In this document: positions 36,886 to 49,294 of the stretch, one piece after another
Position numbering within the stretch: the first letter of the stretch is position 1
Layout of the letters: each line of letters begins with the position of its first letter
Source of the DNA: Bacteroidales bacterium
GTDB taxonomy: Bacteria > Bacteroidota > Bacteroidia > Bacteroidales > NBLH01
Length of the DNA: 64,000 nucleotides
Assembly: GCA_050291445.1 (NCBI GenBank)
Contig: JBNKJW010000241.1
Span: 6,943 to 70,942, forward strand
Direction of reading: 5' to 3'
Notes under the pieces: model-generated
Seen by the model: the letters and a program-made list of their open reading frames with translations, nothing else
Database searches by the model: none
What the model was told of the DNA's origin: nothing
Program-made: the position numbers and the translations under genes

Positions 36886-37155
36886 TTACCAACTCGCTTT
36901 TTTAACACCAGGTATTAAACCATTCGCAGCCATTTCGCGGAAGGTAATCCTGCTAATTCCAAATTGTCTAATATATCCTTTTGGACGACCTGTTAATTTA
37001 CACCTGTTGTGTAAACGAACCGGAGATGCATTTTTAGGTAATTTTTGTAATGCTATGTAATCACCTTCTGCTTTTAATTTAGCCCTTTTCTCAGCAAATC
37101 TATCAACTAGTTTTTGCCTTTTTACCTCGCGGGCTTTCATTGATTCTTTTGCCAT
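36886..37155 (-). CDS. rpsN: 30S ribosomal protein S14
   Basis: 89-aa form ending [21 protein letters not shown]. Confidence 0.95.
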   Translation of the reverse strand: MAKESMKAREVKRQKLVDRFAEKRAKLKAEGDYIALQKLPKNASPVRLHNRCKLTGRPKGYIRQFGISRITFREMAANGLIPGVKKASW

Positions 37156-37156
37156 C

Positions 37157-37714
37157 TTATTTCTTATTTACATTTTTAAAAGGTAAACCAAATTCTCTTA
37201 ATAATGCGAATCCTTCTTCATCCGATTTTGCTGAAGTCACAAAAGTAATATTCATTCCCAGAATTTTACTTACCTTATCGATATTTATTTCAGGAAATAT
37301 AATTTGTTCCTCAATACCTAAAGTATAGTTACCTTTTCCATCAAACTTCGAATTAATTCCCTGGAAGTCCCTTACTCGTGGTAAAGATACAGCGACCAAA
37401 CGCTCCAGAAATTCATACATTCTTTCTCTTCGTAGAGTAACTTTAACACCAATAGGCATTTTTTTCCTAAGCTTAAAGTTAGAGATGTCTTTCTTAGATA
37501 AGGTTGCTATGGCTTTTTGCCCAGCAATATCGGTCAATTCAGCTATAGCAGTATCTAATAGTTTTTTGTCAGCTACAGCCTGTCCAACACCTTGGTTCAA
37601 AATAATTTTCTCCAATTTTGGAACTTGCATAATGCTCTTATATCCAAACTCTTTTTTCAAGCTTGGTATAATTTCTTCTTTATACTTATTTCTAAGATTA
37701 GGCGTGTAGTTCAT
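37157..37714 (-). CDS. rplE: 50S ribosomal protein L5
   Basis: Translated ORF recognisable as L5. spc-operon order. Confidence 0.95.
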   Translation of the reverse strand: MNYTPNLRNKYKEEIIPSLKKEFGYKSIMQVPKLEKIILNQGVGQAVADKKLLDTAIAELTDIAGQKAIATLSKKDISNFKLRKKMPIGVKVTLRRERMYEFLERLVAVSLPRVRDFQGINSKFDGKGNYTLGIEEQIIFPEINIDKVSKILGMNITFVTSAKSDEEGFALLREFGLPFKNVNKK

Positions 37715-38037
37715 TACTTAATCTCCTCATTTGATTTTTTAGAATATCGTACCAATTTACCGCTGTCATTTAACCTTCTACCAATTCGGGTGGCCTCGCC
37801 ACTAGATGGATCAACAACAGCTATATTTGAAATATGTATTGGAGCTTCTTTTTTAACAATACCACCATTTGGATTTTCGGAATTTGGTTTTGTATGACGA
37901 GAAACCATATTTACACCTTCAACAATGGCTTTATTTTTTTTTCTATCTACTTCCAACACCCGGCCTTTTTTATCCTTGTCCTCACCAGTGATGACAATGA
38001 CCATATCGCCTTTCTTTATATGTAACTTCTTTTGCAT
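37714..38037 (-). CDS. rplX: 50S ribosomal protein L24
   Basis: [23 protein letters not shown] (KOW motif). Confidence 0.95.
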   Translation of the reverse strand: MQKKLHIKKGDMVIVITGEDKDKKGRVLEVDRKKNKAIVEGVNMVSRHTKPNSENPNGGIVKKEAPIHISNIAVVDPSSGEATRIGRRLNDSGKLVRYSKKSNEEIK

Positions 38038-38055
38038 AGGAATTATATTTTCAAA

Positions 38056-38421
38056 TTAAAGAACTTCAGGTGCTAAAGAAATAATCTTCATATTCTTTGC
38101 CCTTAACTCTCTGGCTATAGGGCCAAATATCCTTGTTCCACGCATCTCATCAGCATTGTTTAGCAACACTACTGCGTTATCGTCGAACCTTATATATGAA
38201 CCATCAGCTCTTCTAACTTCTTTTTTTGTTCTAACAACAATAGCCTTGCTAACAGTTCCTTTTTTTACTTCACTAGAAGGAATTGCACTTTTTACAGAAA
38301 CAACTACCATATCACCTAATGAGGCATACCTTTTTTTAGTACCACCTAAAACCCTGATTACCAAAACCTCTTTTGCTCCGCTATTATCAGCAACTGCTGT
38401 TCTTGATTCCTGCTGTATCAT
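38056..38421 (-). CDS. rplN: 50S ribosomal protein L14
   Basis: [18 protein letters not shown]. Confidence 0.95.
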   Translation of the reverse strand: MIQQESRTAVADNSGAKEVLVIRVLGGTKKRYASLGDMVVVSVKSAIPSSEVKKGTVSKAIVVRTKKEVRRADGSYIRFDDNAVVLLNNADEMRGTRIFGPIARELRAKNMKIISLAPEVL

Positions 38422-38423
38422 AA

Positions 38424-38681
38424 CTATTTAGCCCTTTCAATAATTTCGACAAGTCTCCAACTTTTACTTTTACTCAAATGCCTGGTTTCCATTATTTTAA
38501 CGAAATCACCAACATTGCATGTATTTTCTTCGTCGTGCGCCATAAATTTTTTGGTCTTGTTGATGAATTTTCCATATATAGGGTGTTTCATCCTTCTGCT
38601 TACCAAAACTACAATGGATTTATCCATTTTATTGCTCACCACAGTACCCAAACGTTCTTTACGTAGATTTCTTTTTTCCAT
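38424..38681 (-). CDS. rpsQ: 30S ribosomal protein S17
   Basis: [16 protein letters not shown]...[13 protein letters not shown]. Confidence 0.95.
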   Translation of the reverse strand: MEKRNLRKERLGTVVSNKMDKSIVVLVSRRMKHPIYGKFINKTKKFMAHDEENTCNVGDFVKIMETRHLSKSKSWRLVEIIERAK

Positions 38682-38690
38682 GATCAGTAA

Positions 38691-38918
38691 TTAACTTTCT
38701 TTGTTTTCCAATTCTCTCTTGCGTATCTCAGTATTCAACCTAGCAATCATTTTTTTTGATTCACCAAGTTTGTTTGGATTATCAAGCGGAGATACTGCAT
38801 GGTTTAACCTCATACGAACCAATAATGATTTCTCGTCTTCGAGCTTTTCAATCAATTCTTTTGCTGTTAATTCTCTTATTTCAGAATTTTTCATCTGTAT
38901 ACTTTTTATATTTTTCAA
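38691..38918 (-). CDS. rpmC: 50S ribosomal protein L29
   Basis: MKNSEIRELTAKELIEKLEDEK... The true start is probably the internal Met-9 (nt 38894), giving a 67-aa protein. Confidence 0.9.
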   Translation of the reverse strand: MKNIKSIQMKNSEIRELTAKELIEKLEDEKSLLVRMRLNHAVSPLDNPNKLGESKKMIARLNTEIRKRELENKES

Positions 38919-38982
38919 CTGTCAAAGGGAGCCTTAAAAATCTTAACACCCGGGACATTGGCACTTTAGTTAGATCAATGCT

Positions 38983-39414
38983 TTAATCAATTAAAGCTTC
39001 ATCAAAATCATGTCGCACTACAAATTTTGTAGTAATTGGCAATTTTTGTGCAGCCAAGCGCAATGCTTCTTTTGCTATGTGATAAGGTACACCTTCTGCC
39101 TCGAATAAAATCCTTCCGGGCGTTACCCTGGCAACCCATAATTCAGGAGCACCTTTACCTTTACCCATTCTAACCTCTGCAGGCTTCTTGGTAACTGGTT
39201 TATCAGGAAAAATTCGAATCCAAATCTGACCTTCCCTCTTCATATATCTTGTAACAGCTTGTCGGGCAGCCTCTATTTGTCTTGCCGTAATCCACGTACT
39301 CTCTAAAGCTTTAATTCCGAAAGAGCCAAATGCCAATGTGTTACCACGCTGAGCATTACCTTTCATACGCCCTTTTTGCTGCTTTCTGTATTTTGTTTTT
39401 CTTGGTTGTAACAT
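38983..39414 (-). CDS. rplP: 50S ribosomal protein L16
   Basis: [19 protein letters not shown]. Confidence 0.95.
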   Translation of the reverse strand: MLQPRKTKYRKQQKGRMKGNAQRGNTLAFGSFGIKALESTWITARQIEAARQAVTRYMKREGQIWIRIFPDKPVTKKPAEVRMGKGKGAPELWVARVTPGRILFEAEGVPYHIAKEALRLAAQKLPITTKFVVRHDFDEALID

Positions 39415-39434
39415 AACACACTAAAAATTAAAAT

Positions 39435-40139
39435 CTATTTCCTGCTACGCTTTTTAAAGCCGCCTTTTTGTTGTCTTTGATTTTTTACTCCAAAATTTGG
39501 TGATAAATCACGTTTTCCGTATACTTCTCCTTTGAAGATCCAAACTTTGATTCCGATAAGACCAACCTTTGTTAAAGCTTCGGCTAAATGATAATCAATA
39601 TCTGCTCTAAAAGTATGCAACGGAATTCGTCCCTCTTTGTAAGTTTCAGAACGGGCCATCTCAGCTCCATTCAATCTACCAGAAACCAAAACCTTAATAC
39701 CACCAGCACCCATTCTCATTGAAGAAGCAATTGCCATTTTAATAGCCCTACGATAAGCAATATTCCCTTCAATTTGCCTTGCGATGTTAGCTCCAACAAG
39801 AGTAGCATCAAGCTCGGGTCGTTTAATTTCAAAGATATTGATTTGGACTTCTTTCTTGGTTATTTTCTTTAACTCTTCTTTCAGCTTATCAACTTCCTGA
39901 CCGCTTTTTCCGATAATAATACCGGGACGAGAAGTGTGAACAGTTACTGTAATCAGTTTCAAAGTACGCTCAATTACAACTTTTGCTACGTTTGCCTTGG
40001 CTAAACGTACCTTAAGGTACTTTCTGATTTTGGTATCTTCTACAAGTTTTGTGGCATAGTTGTTTCCACCAAACCAGTTAGAATCCCATCCTTTTATGAT
40101 TCCTAGCCTATTGCTTATCGGATTAACCTTTTGTCCCAT
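39435..40139 (-). CDS. rpsC: 30S ribosomal protein S3
   Basis: [13 protein letters not shown]...KH domain. Confidence 0.95.
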   Translation of the reverse strand: MGQKVNPISNRLGIIKGWDSNWFGGNNYATKLVEDTKIRKYLKVRLAKANVAKVVIERTLKLITVTVHTSRPGIIIGKSGQEVDKLKEELKKITKKEVQINIFEIKRPELDATLVGANIARQIEGNIAYRRAIKMAIASSMRMGAGGIKVLVSGRLNGAEMARSETYKEGRIPLHTFRADIDYHLAEALTKVGLIGIKVWIFKGEVYGKRDLSPNFGVKNQRQQKGGFKKRSRK

Positions 40140-40544
40140 CTACTCTGAAATTTGTTTGCTTTCTAAAATAATTGTAACATGATTCGATCTTTTTCGAATT
40201 CTATGCGCCCTTCCTTGTGGAGCTGGCCTTAATCTTTTCAAAACTCTTCCTGAATCAACAAAAACTTCTTTTACAAAAAGATTAGCATCTTCCATTCGAA
40301 CTCCTTCATTTTTGTTTTCCCAGTTTGAAATTGCTGACAACAGTAATTTCTCTAATCTTCGAGAAGCTTCTTTTGGACTAAATTTAAGCACATCCAGTGC
40401 ACGTTTTACTCCTTCGCCACGAACTAAATCAGCAACCAGCCTCATTTTTCTCGGCGATGTTGGACAGTTTTTTAAAACTGCATAGTATTTCGTTTTTTTA
40501 GCCTCTTTTATTGCTTCTGCTCGGTTATGTTTTCTTGCTCCCAT
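40140..40544 (-). CDS. rplV: 50S ribosomal protein L22
   Basis: Translated ORF recognisable as L22. S10-operon order. Confidence 0.95.
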   Translation of the reverse strand: MGARKHNRAEAIKEAKKTKYYAVLKNCPTSPRKMRLVADLVRGEGVKRALDVLKFSPKEASRRLEKLLLSAISNWENKNEGVRMEDANLFVKEVFVDSGRVLKRLRPAPQGRAHRIRKRSNHVTIILESKQISE

Positions 40545-40574
40545 TGCTTAAATCATTTTCTTTTGGAACCTTCT

Positions 40575-40844
40575 TTATTTCTTTTTGTTTCCTGCATGCC
40601 CTCTAAACATTCTGGTTGGAGAAAACTCACCCAATTTATGACCTACCATGTTTTCAGTAATATAAACAGGGATAAATTTATTCCCATTATGCACTGCTAT
40701 GGTATGTCCAACAAAATCAGGAGATATCATTGAACTTCTTGACCAAGTTTTGATAACTGATTTCTTCCCGCTTTCGTTCATTGCTAGAACTCTTTTCTCA
40801 AGCTTGTAATGTATAAATGGGCCTTTTTTTAGTGAACGACTCAT
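40575..40844 (-). CDS. rpsS: 30S ribosomal protein S19
   Basis: [15 protein letters not shown]...[11 protein letters not shown]. Confidence 0.95.
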   Translation of the reverse strand: MSRSLKKGPFIHYKLEKRVLAMNESGKKSVIKTWSRSSMISPDFVGHTIAVHNGNKFIPVYITENMVGHKLGEFSPTRMFRGHAGNKKK

Positions 40845-40863
40845 AATTCAACGTATCAAAGGA

Positions 40864-41688
40864 TTATTTTTTTCTTCTTTCTACAATATACTTATTAGAT
40901 GCTTTCTTTTTAGCTCTGGTTTTGTAACCTTTTGCTAACAAGCCTTTTCTAGAGCGTGGATGTCCTCCTGATGAACGACCTTCGCCACCACCCATTGGAT
41001 GATCAACCGGGTTCATTGCTACACCACGTACTCGCGGACGACGACCTAACCAACGGCTTCTACCAGCTTTACCAGATTTCTCTAACGCATGGTCAGAGTT
41101 TGATACTGAACCGATAGTAGCTTTACATGTAACAAGTATCATTCTTGTTTCTCCTGATGGCATTTTTACAATTCCATATTTACCATCTCTTGATGTCAAT
41201 TGAGCATAAGAACCCGCGCTGCGTGCAATAACACCACCCGCACCAGGTCTCATTTCAATGTTATGTATAACTGTTCCTAAAGGAATGTCGCTAAGATACA
41301 ATGAGTTTCCAACTTCTGGTGCTACTTTTCTTCCAGCATTAACTTCTTGTCCAACTTCTAATCCATTTGGAGCAATAATATATCTTTTCTCACCATCTGC
41401 ATATACTAAAAGTGCTATCCTTGCAGATCTGTTTGGATCATACTCAATAGTTTTCACTTTTGCAGGTATTCCTTCCTTATCTCTTGCAAAATCTATAACC
41501 CTGTATTTTTTCTTGTGTCCGCCTCCAACGTTGCGAACTGTCATTCTACCAGAATTATTACGTCCACCATTTCTCTTTTTTGAACGCAGCAATGACTTTT
41601 CAGGGCTTTGAGACGTAATGTCATCAAAGGTTCCTGCTACTTTCCCTCTTTGTCCCGGAGTGGTCGGTTTAATTTTTCGTACAGCCAT
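40864..41688 (-). CDS. rplB: 50S ribosomal protein L2
   Basis: [15 protein letters not shown]...[12 protein letters not shown]. Confidence 0.95.
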   Translation of the reverse strand: MAVRKIKPTTPGQRGKVAGTFDDITSQSPEKSLLRSKKRNGGRNNSGRMTVRNVGGGHKKKYRVIDFARDKEGIPAKVKTIEYDPNRSARIALLVYADGEKRYIIAPNGLEVGQEVNAGRKVAPEVGNSLYLSDIPLGTVIHNIEMRPGAGGVIARSAGSYAQLTSRDGKYGIVKMPSGETRMILVTCKATIGSVSNSDHALEKSGKAGRSRWLGRRPRVRGVAMNPVDHPMGGGEGRSSGGHPRSRKGLLAKGYKTRAKKKASNKYIVERRKK

Positions 41689-41693
41689 TTTTC

Positions 41694-41987
41694 TTAAATA
41701 TTGCTATAAAAATCTATTGTATCTCCCTCAATCAATGTTACGATTGCTTTCTTGTATGCCTTTGAGCGACCATGAACGATACCAGTTTTAGTATATCGTG
41801 ATTTGGTTTTTCCAGCATATACCATTGTATTTACAGAATCAACGGTAACATTGTACATACTCTCAACAGCTTTCTTAATCTGAATTTTGTTTGCATCCTT
41901 ATTGACAATAAAACCAAAGCGATTCATTGCTTCGCCCTGTTTTGTCATTTTTTCAGTTATAATCGGCTTTATTAAAATATCCATCAC
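41694..41987 (-). CDS. rplW: 50S ribosomal protein L23
   Basis: Translated ORF recognisable as L23. Operon order. Confidence 0.95.
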   Translation of the reverse strand: MMDILIKPIITEKMTKQGEAMNRFGFIVNKDANKIQIKKAVESMYNVTVDSVNTMVYAGKTKSRYTKTGIVHGRSKAYKKAIVTLIEGDTIDFYSNI

Positions 41988-42610
41988 TAAAATGTTTTTT
42001 CAAGAACATCAATTGAACTCTCAGCAATGATAAGTGCTTTTGCGTCAAGGATGTCATAAGTTGTTAATTCTGAAACTGTTACAGTCTTGGCACCCTGTAA
42101 ATTTCTGGACGACAAATATATGTTTTTATTTGCATCTGTTAAAACTAAAAGTGATTTTTTATCAGCAATTTTTAAATTATCTTTAATTGCCTTGTATTCT
42201 TTAGTTTTTGGTGCATCGAAATTAAAATCTTCAACTACAATTAAGCTTTCTTCTTTAAGTTTGTATGCGATGGCAGATTTTCGTGCCAATTGCTTCATTT
42301 TCTTATTTAACTTGAAACTATAGTCTTTTGGTCGAGGGCCAAAAACTCTACCACCACCTCTGAAAAGTGGGTTCTTAATACTACCAAATCGTGCTGTTCC
42401 TGTACCTTTTTGTTTCTTAAGTTTCTTAGTACTTCCAGATATCTCGGCTCTTTCTTTCGCTTTGTGGGTACCTTGACGGTTATTTGCCATGTATTGTTTT
42501 ACATCTAAATAAATGGCATGATCATTTGGTTCAATCCCAAAAATTGAATCGTTAAGATTTACTTGTCGGCCTGTATCTTCACCTTTTATATTGTATACTT
42601 TCAGTTCCAT
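41987..42610 (-). CDS. rplD: 50S ribosomal protein L4
   Basis: [26 protein letters not shown]. Confidence 0.95.
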   Translation of the reverse strand: MELKVYNIKGEDTGRQVNLNDSIFGIEPNDHAIYLDVKQYMANNRQGTHKAKERAEISGSTKKLKKQKGTGTARFGSIKNPLFRGGGRVFGPRPKDYSFKLNKKMKQLARKSAIAYKLKEESLIVVEDFNFDAPKTKEYKAIKDNLKIADKKSLLVLTDANKNIYLSSRNLQGAKTVTVSELTTYDILDAKALIIAESSIDVLEKTF

Positions 42611-43227
42611 TACTTCTCAACAATTATATATGAACCTTTCGGCCCCGGAACGGAACCTTTAACTACTAATAAATTATTCTCTGGTATAAGTTTCATCACT
42701 TTTAAGTTAAGTACCTTAACCCTGTCTCCACCAGTTCTTCCGGCCATTCTCATGCCTTTAAATACTCTTGATGGATACGATGATGCGCCTAATGACCCAG
42801 GAGCTCTGTTTCGATTGTGCTGGCCATGTGTTTGGTCTCCTACCCCTCTAAAACCATAACGTTTAACAACACCCTGAAAACCTTTTCCTTTGCTAACTCC
42901 AACAACATCCAACCAGGTATCATCTTTGAAATAATCTACTGTGATTACATCACCTGGTTTCCAGTCTTTTACAAAACCTTTAAGCTCTATAACTTTTCTT
43001 TTAGGTGTTGTTTTAGCTTTTTTAAAATGCCCTTGTTCAGCTTTTGTTGTGTGCTTTTCTTTTTTCTCATCAAAAGCTAGCTGAACTGCATTGTAACCAT
43101 CTGTCTCTTCAGTCTTGATTTGGGTTACAGTACAAGGCCCGACTTCTATAACAGTGCATGGAATATTTTTTCCCTCGGCACTGAAAACGGATGTCATCCC
43201 GATTTTTTTTCCTATTAAACCTGGCAT
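42610..43227 (-). CDS. rplC: 50S ribosomal protein L3
   Basis: [15 protein letters not shown]. Confidence 0.95.
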   Translation of the reverse strand: MPGLIGKKIGMTSVFSAEGKNIPCTVIEVGPCTVTQIKTEETDGYNAVQLAFDEKKEKHTTKAEQGHFKKAKTTPKRKVIELKGFVKDWKPGDVITVDYFKDDTWLDVVGVSKGKGFQGVVKRYGFRGVGDQTHGQHNRNRAPGSLGASSYPSRVFKGMRMAGRTGGDRVKVLNLKVMKLIPENNLLVVKGSVPGPKGSYIIVEK

Positions 43228-43248
43228 CTTTTATTAATTTAAATGCTT

Positions 43249-43554
43249 TTACACTTTAATTTCTACTTCAACTCCACTTGGCAGCTCTAATTTCATTAAA
43301 GCATCAATCGTTTTGGGGGTTGAGCTATAAATATCAATCAACCTTTTGAATGATGATAGTTGAAATTGTTCACGTGACTTTTTATTCACGAAAGTCGATC
43401 GCAATACAGTAAATACTCTTTTATGAGTAGGTAATGGTATAGGACCGCTAACAACTGCACCTGTCGCCTTCACAGTTTTCACAATTTTTTCAGCTGAATT
43501 ATCAACTAAATTGTGATCATAAGATTTTAACTTTATGCGAATCTTCTGACTCAT
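43249..43554 (-). CDS. rpsJ: 30S ribosomal protein S10
   Basis: [15 protein letters not shown]...GPIPLPT. Confidence 0.95.
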   Translation of the reverse strand: MSQKIRIKLKSYDHNLVDNSAEKIVKTVKATGAVVSGPIPLPTHKRVFTVLRSTFVNKKSREQFQLSSFKRLIDIYSSTPKTIDALMKLELPSGVEVEIKV

Positions 43555-43566
43555 GAGATTATTTTA

Positions 43567-45669
43567 TTATTCTGTTTTACCCATATTTGATTCAATAACT
43601 TCTTTTGCAATACCTTCTGGTACTGCTTCGTAGTGTGAAAACTCCATTGACGAAGTTGCACGCCCCGAAGAGATAGTTCTAAGCACTGTAACATATCCGA
43701 ATTTTTCTGATAATGGTACTTTTGCTTTTACTACTCTAGCGTTTCCTTTACTTTCCATTCCTTCAATCTGACCTCTTCTTTTGTTGAAATCAGAAATAAT
43801 GTCACCCATATATTCTTCAGGTGTAACTACTTCAGCAGACATAATTGGCTCAAGAAGAATTGGCTTAGCTTTAGCACCTGCAGTTTTAAACGCCATTTTG
43901 GCAGCTAATTCAAACGATAATTGATCAGAATCTACAGGGTGAAACGAACCGTCTAATAATGTAACCTTCAAACTATCAATAGGATAGCCTGCTAAAGGCC
44001 CATTAGACATTGCGTCTTTAAAACCTTTTTCTACCGATGGTATGTATTCTCTTGGTATATTACCACCCTTGACCTTATCAATAAATTGAAGACCAACATG
44101 TCCTTCATCAGCTGGACCAACAGTTACAATGATATCCGCAAATTTTCCACGTCCACCAGTTTGCTTTTTGAATACTTCTCGATGCTCGATAGTCTTAGTA
44201 ATTGTTTCTTTATAAGCAACTTGCGGAGCCCCCTGATTGCATTCAACTTTAAACTCTCTTTTCAACCTGTCGATTAGAATTTCCAGGTGAAGTTCACCCA
44301 TTCCGCTAATTACTGTTTGTCCTGTAGCGTCATCTGTTTTGATTTGAAAAGTAGGATCCTCTTCAGCCAGTTTGCTTAAAGCAACACCTAATTTATCTAA
44401 ATCTTTTTGAGTTTTTGGCTCAACTGCTACACCAATTACCGGATCAGGAAAGGTCATTGACTCAAGCACAATTTGCTGTCCTTCAGAACACAAAGTGTCG
44501 CCTGTACGTATATCTTTAAAACCAACTGCCGAACAAATATCACCCGCCTTAATTTCTTCCATCGGGTTTTGCTTGTTGGCATGCATTTGGTATAATCTTG
44601 AAATTCTTTCTTTTTTTCTTGTGCGGGGATTGTAAACGTAAGAACCTGATTTAATAACTCCGGAGTAAACCCTAATGTAGGCAAGTCTTCCAACAAAAGG
44701 ATCAGTAGCAATTTTGAATGCTAATGCTGAAAGTGGCTCTTCTTCCTTTGGTTCTCTTAAGATAGGCTCATCGTTTTTAGGATTATAGCCTTCTATTGCT
44801 TCAATGTCAAGCGGGCTTGGTAATAAAGCAGCAACGGCATCAAGTAAGCGTTGAACTCCTTTGTTTTTAAATGCCGATCCGCAAAGAACAGGAACTATCT
44901 TCATGTCGATAACTGCTTTACGAGTTACTTGCATAAACTCTTCTACAGTAATAGACTCTCGGTCTTCAAAAAAGCGCTCTAAAAACTCATCATCCGATTC
45001 AGCAACCGCCTCTACAAGCTTTTCACGCCATTCTTCAACAGTTTCTTTTAAATCTTCAGGAATATCAATATACTCGTATTTCATTCCCATTGCCTCGTCT
45101 TCAATCCAAACAATGGCTTTTCTTTCAATCAGGTCAACTATTCCTTTAAAATTTTCTTCGGCACCTATTGGTATTTGAAGAGGAACAGGGTTGGCACCCA
45201 ATTTATCTTTAATTTGTGAAACCACGTCAAAAAAATCAGCTCCGGTACGATCCATTTTGTTAACAAATGCCATCCTTGGAACTTTGTATTTATCTGCCTG
45301 ACGCCAAACAGTCTCACTTTGTGGTTCAACACCCCCTACTGCACAAAATAATGCTACAGCACCATCAAGAACCCTTAACGAACGCTCTACTTCAACAGTA
45401 AAATCAACGTGTCCGGGAGTATCAATTATATTAATCTTATATTGGTTATCTTGGTAATTCCAGAAAGTAGTAGTAGCTGCTGAAGTAATGGTAATACCTC
45501 TCTCTTGCTCCTGTACCATCCAGTCCATAGTGGCTGCACCATCGTGTACCTCTCCAATCTTATGCGTAATACCTGTATAAAACAATACACGCTCAGTAGT
45601 AGTGGTTTTTCCGGCATCGATGTGTGCCATGATACCGATATTTCTTGTATATTTTAAATCCTGCTTCAT
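43567..45669 (-). CDS. fusA: translation elongation factor G
   Basis: Canonical G motifs [17 protein letters not shown] and NKMD. 700 aa. Sits between rpsG and rpsJ. Confidence 0.95.
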   Translation of the reverse strand: MKQDLKYTRNIGIMAHIDAGKTTTTERVLFYTGITHKIGEVHDGAATMDWMVQEQERGITITSAATTTFWNYQDNQYKINIIDTPGHVDFTVEVERSLRVLDGAVALFCAVGGVEPQSETVWRQADKYKVPRMAFVNKMDRTGADFFDVVSQIKDKLGANPVPLQIPIGAEENFKGIVDLIERKAIVWIEDEAMGMKYEYIDIPEDLKETVEEWREKLVEAVAESDDEFLERFFEDRESITVEEFMQVTRKAVIDMKIVPVLCGSAFKNKGVQRLLDAVAALLPSPLDIEAIEGYNPKNDEPILREPKEEEPLSALAFKIATDPFVGRLAYIRVYSGVIKSGSYVYNPRTRKKERISRLYQMHANKQNPMEEIKAGDICSAVGFKDIRTGDTLCSEGQQIVLESMTFPDPVIGVAVEPKTQKDLDKLGVALSKLAEEDPTFQIKTDDATGQTVISGMGELHLEILIDRLKREFKVECNQGAPQVAYKETITKTIEHREVFKKQTGGRGKFADIIVTVGPADEGHVGLQFIDKVKGGNIPREYIPSVEKGFKDAMSNGPLAGYPIDSLKVTLLDGSFHPVDSDQLSFELAAKMAFKTAGAKAKPILLEPIMSAEVVTPEEYMGDIISDFNKRRGQIEGMESKGNARVVKAKVPLSEKFGYVTVLRTISSGRATSSMEFSHYEAVPEGIAKEVIESNMGKTE

Positions 45670-45684
45670 TTCTTTTTTTAGCTA

Positions 45685-46161
45685 CTAGAATTTAAAGAAT
45701 GCAAACGCTTTATTTGCTTCTGCCATTCGGTGCATATCCTCTTTTCTTTTGTAAGCACCACCTTCTTCGTTGAACGCTGCAATAATTTCGGCTGCTAATT
45801 TTTCACCCATTGAGCGTCCACTGCGTTTTCTTGCAAAAGTAACCATATGTTTAATCGCAATTGAGACTTTTCTTTCGTTACGAATTTCCATTGGTACTTG
45901 AAAGGTAGCACCTCCAATTCGGCGACTTTTCACCTCAACCATTGGAGTAATATTCTCTAATGCTTTTTTCCATATTTCTAATGGTGTTTTTTCAGCATTT
46001 GGAGATTTCTCTTTGACAATATCTAATGCATTGTAAAAGATATTGTATGAGATGTTCTTTTTACCAGATATCATTAAATCATTAACAAACCTGGTAACCA
46101 GAGTATCGTTAAATTTTGGATCTGGTAATAAGATCCGCTTTTTTGGCTTTCTTTTTCTCAT
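45685..46161 (-). CDS. rpsG: 30S ribosomal protein S7
   Basis: Translated ORF recognisable as S7. str-operon order. Confidence 0.95.
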   Translation of the reverse strand: MRKRKPKKRILLPDPKFNDTLVTRFVNDLMISGKKNISYNIFYNALDIVKEKSPNAEKTPLEIWKKALENITPMVEVKSRRIGGATFQVPMEIRNERKVSIAIKHMVTFARKRSGRSMGEKLAAEIIAAFNEEGGAYKRKEDMHRMAEANKAFAFFKF

Positions 46162-46188
46162 GTTGTGTTAATTCAACGATTTTACTAC

Positions 46189-46563
46189 TTATTTTTTTGG
46201 TCTTTTAGTTCCATATTTTGAACGACGTTGCGTTCTACCTTCAACACCTGAAGTATCCAAAGCTCCTCTGATGATGTGGTACCTTACACCTGGTAAATCT
46301 TTCACACGACCGCCCCTTATAAGAACTATTGAGTGTTCTTGTAAGTTATGTCCTTCACCAGGAATATATGCATTAACCTCTTTTCCGTTGGTCAACCGCA
46401 CCCTTGCCACCTTTCTCATTGCTGAGTTAGGCTTTTTGGGTGTAGTAGTATATACCCTGACACAAACACCCCGGCGTTGAGGACAATTATCTAAGGCTGG
46501 AGCTTTACTTTTATCTTCAATTTTGGCTCTTCCTTTTCTTACTAATTGCTGAATTGTAGGCAT
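46189..46563 (-). CDS. rpsL: 30S ribosomal protein S12
   Basis: [12 protein letters not shown]...[16 protein letters not shown]. Confidence 0.95.
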   Translation of the reverse strand: MPTIQQLVRKGRAKIEDKSKAPALDNCPQRRGVCVRVYTTTPKKPNSAMRKVARVRLTNGKEVNAYIPGEGHNLQEHSIVLIRGGRVKDLPGVRYHIIRGALDTSGVEGRTQRRSKYGTKRPKK

Positions 46564-46607
46564 AAAGACTATATATTTTGTTAAATTTATCCTTTAAAAT
46601 CGGTCTG

Positions 46608-46615
46608 CAAAGGTA
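46608..46615 (-). promoter_or_regulatory. candidate Bacteroidetes -7 promoter box (TAnnTTTG) for the str operon
   Basis: The minus strand reads TACCTTTG ~45 nt upstream of the rpsL ATG. A partial -33-like ATTG lies 19 nt further upstream. Consensus match only. Confidence 0.3.
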
Positions 46616-47064
46616 TAAGATATTTTCTTTAATACAATAGAAAGCTTAAAGATTTTCTTTACAAATTGTTCTCTAGCACTTCCCATGAGACATTAGTATC
46701 TGAATATCAATATATTAAAACTGAAACCTTTTCTGTATTTTTTTAACATTTAAGCAATTTTAAACTTTTTTTCATCTTAAAAATAGTATGTTTTTAAAAT
46801 TGAGTTTCTCTCCATTTTTCTAATTGATACCTTATATTTCGTACCAACATAAAAAACAGACCTAAGATTTTAAATATTTTTGTGATAATAAGTATTATTG
46901 AATTGAGTAAAGTTCTTTCAAATCAATGTATTAAAAAGAATTTTAATAGGTATAATGAAAGCTTGGATCTATGTAAAATTTTATTAATTTTGACCGACTT
47001 AAAAATAAAATAATTGTTAAACTATTGTTTATATTAAATATATTAACTACTTAAAAAGGATAAA

Positions 47065-49221
47065 ATGAAAATATACGAAACGAAGGATATTCGAAATTTG
47101 TCGCTTTTGGGCAGTGCAGGATTGGGAAAAACTACATTGGCTGAGGCAATGCTTTTCGAAGGTGGAGTAATCAACAGACGAGGAGATGTTGGACAAAAAA
47201 ACACAATTTCTGATTACCATGAAATTGAGCATGAACGCGAAAGTTCCGTTTTTTCAACCGTATTATATACTGAATGGTTGGGAAAGAAAATTAACTTTAT
47301 TGATACTCCAGGTGCAGATGATTTTGTTGGAGGTGTAATTTCATCATTACATGTAACAGATACTGGTTTGTTGTTAATTAATGCTCAAAATAGTGTTGAA
47401 ACCGGCACTGAGATAATAATGAGGCATGCCGAGCGCTTAAAAAAGCCTATCGTTTTTGCAATTAATCAGCTTGATACTGATAATGCTAATTTTGACAAAT
47501 GTATTGAAGACGCAAAAAATGCTTTTGGAAACAAAGTAACCATCATACAATACCCGATCAACCAGGGAAGTGATTTCAATGCCGTAGTTGATGTACTTTT
47601 AATGAAAATGTACAAATGGGGTCCAGATGGAGGAAAACCTGAAATAGTGGACATTCCGGACAGCGAAATGGAAAAAGCTAAAGAGTTGAACAACGAATTG
47701 ATTGAAGCTGCTGCTGAGAATGATGAGAACCTGATGGAAGTCTATTTTGAGAAAGAAAGTCTGACAGAAGATGAAATGCGGGCTGGCATTAAAGAAGGTA
47801 TTAAAACAAGAGGCATGTTTCCTGTATTTTGTATTTCTGCAAAGAAAAACATGGGCGTGCGAAGAATGATGGAATTTTTGGGCAATGTTGTCCCTTCTCC
47901 TGATGAAATGGCCGCCCCAGTGGACACAGAAGGAAACGAAATTAAATGTGACTCGAATGGGCCTACCTCTTTATTTGTATTTAAAAACTCTGTTGAACAA
48001 CACTTGGGTGAGGTGCTTTTCTTTAAAGTGATGTCTGGTGTAGTAAACGAAGGTGTGGATTTAATTAACACCAACAAGCAGGGTAAAGAACGACTATCGC
48101 AATTATATGCTGTTGCTGGAAAGAACAGAGAAAAAATGGCAAAGTTTGTTGCAGGTGATATTGGTGCTACTGTAAAACTAAAAGAAACCAAAACAAACCA
48201 TACGCTCAATGAAAAAGGAGCTGACTGGAAGTTCCCTGCAATGCAATTCCCAGATCCTAAATTCAGAACTGCCATTAAAGCAGTTAATGAATCAGATGAT
48301 GAAAAATTAGGTGAAGTATTGCTCAGAATGAGCGAAGAGGATCCTACTGTTATTATGGAATACTCTAAGGAATTAAAACAGTTAATCCTGCATGGCCAGG
48401 GGGAATTCCATCTGAATACAGTAAAATGGCACCTTGACAAAATTCATAAAGTTGAGACCACTTTTATTGCACCAAAAATACCCTATCGTGAAACTATTAC
48501 TAAAGCCGCTCAGGCAGACTATCGACATAAAAAACAATCAGGAGGTTCTGGTCAGTTTGGTGAAGTACATTTAATAATTGAGCCACATGATGATAACAAA
48601 CCAGACACCAATAAATTTAAGCTGAATGGTGGTGAATACAACCTTCAATTAAGAGGAAAAGAAGAGCACGAATTAAAATGGGGTGGCAAACTTGTTTTCT
48701 TTAACTGTATTGTTGGTGGTGTGATTGATGCCCGATTTATGCCTGCTATACTAAAAGGTGTAATGGAAAAAATGGAAAACGGTCCGTTAACAGGTTCATA
48801 TGCCCGTGGAATTAGGGTTTATGTTTATGATGGGAAAATGCACCCGGTTGATTCAAACGAAATTTCATTTAAATTAGCCGGCGCCAAAGCATTCTCTGAT
48901 GCCTTTAAAAAAGCTGGTCCAAAAATCATGGAGCCGGTTTACAATGTAGAAGTACTTGTTCCGAGCGATGCTATGGGTGATGTAATGAGTGATTTACAAG
49001 GCCGAAGGGCAATGATTGAAGGCATGAACAGTGAGAAAGGTTTTGAAAAACTAAATGCAAAGGTGCCTTTGGCAGAAATGGGTAAATATGCAACTGCACT
49101 TAGCTCATTAACCAGTGGCCGTGCAACTTTCACCATGAAATTTGCTGAATATAGTGCTGTTCCTGGTGATGTACAAACAGAACTTCTGAAAGCATACGAA
49201 GCGGAGCAGGAGGAAGATTAA
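47065..49221 (+). CDS. EF-G-like translational GTPase paralogue with deviant G motifs
   Basis: Five-domain EF-G architecture (718 aa), but G1 is GSAGLGKTT, G3 is DTPGADDF (Ala at the catalytic His position) and G4 is NQLD rather than NKxD. Confidence 0.85.
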   Translation: MKIYETKDIRNLSLLGSAGLGKTTLAEAMLFEGGVINRRGDVGQKNTISDYHEIEHERESSVFSTVLYTEWLGKKINFIDTPGADDFVGGVISSLHVTDTGLLLINAQNSVETGTEIIMRHAERLKKPIVFAINQLDTDNANFDKCIEDAKNAFGNKVTIIQYPINQGSDFNAVVDVLLMKMYKWGPDGGKPEIVDIPDSEMEKAKELNNELIEAAAENDENLMEVYFEKESLTEDEMRAGIKEGIKTRGMFPVFCISAKKNMGVRRMMEFLGNVVPSPDEMAAPVDTEGNEIKCDSNGPTSLFVFKNSVEQHLGEVLFFKVMSGVVNEGVDLINTNKQGKERLSQLYAVAGKNREKMAKFVAGDIGATVKLKETKTNHTLNEKGADWKFPAMQFPDPKFRTAIKAVNESDDEKLGEVLLRMSEEDPTVIMEYSKELKQLILHGQGEFHLNTVKWHLDKIHKVETTFIAPKIPYRETITKAAQADYRHKKQSGGSGQFGEVHLIIEPHDDNKPDTNKFKLNGGEYNLQLRGKEEHELKWGGKLVFFNCIVGGVIDARFMPAILKGVMEKMENGPLTGSYARGIRVYVYDGKMHPVDSNEISFKLAGAKAFSDAFKKAGPKIMEPVYNVEVLVPSDAMGDVMSDLQGRRAMIEGMNSEKGFEKLNAKVPLAEMGKYATALSSLTSGRATFTMKFAEYSAVPGDVQTELLKAYEAEQEED

Positions 49222-49266
49222 ATTAGCGATTAAAACATAGACATTAGTCTTGGTAAATAAATAATT

Positions 49267-49294
49267 GGAGTAGGTTTTTGCCTGCTCCTTTTTT
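49267..49294 (+). terminator. intrinsic terminator after the EF-G paralogue
   Basis: ggagtagg-tttttg-cctgctcc gives an 8-bp stem with one G-U pair, followed by TTTTTT. Confidence 0.7.

Noticed and set aside
47742-48440. 232-aa ORF antisense to the EF-G paralogue
   Set aside because: It is a shadow ORF inside a clearly coding + strand gene. It is Ser/Phe/Leu-rich with no motifs.
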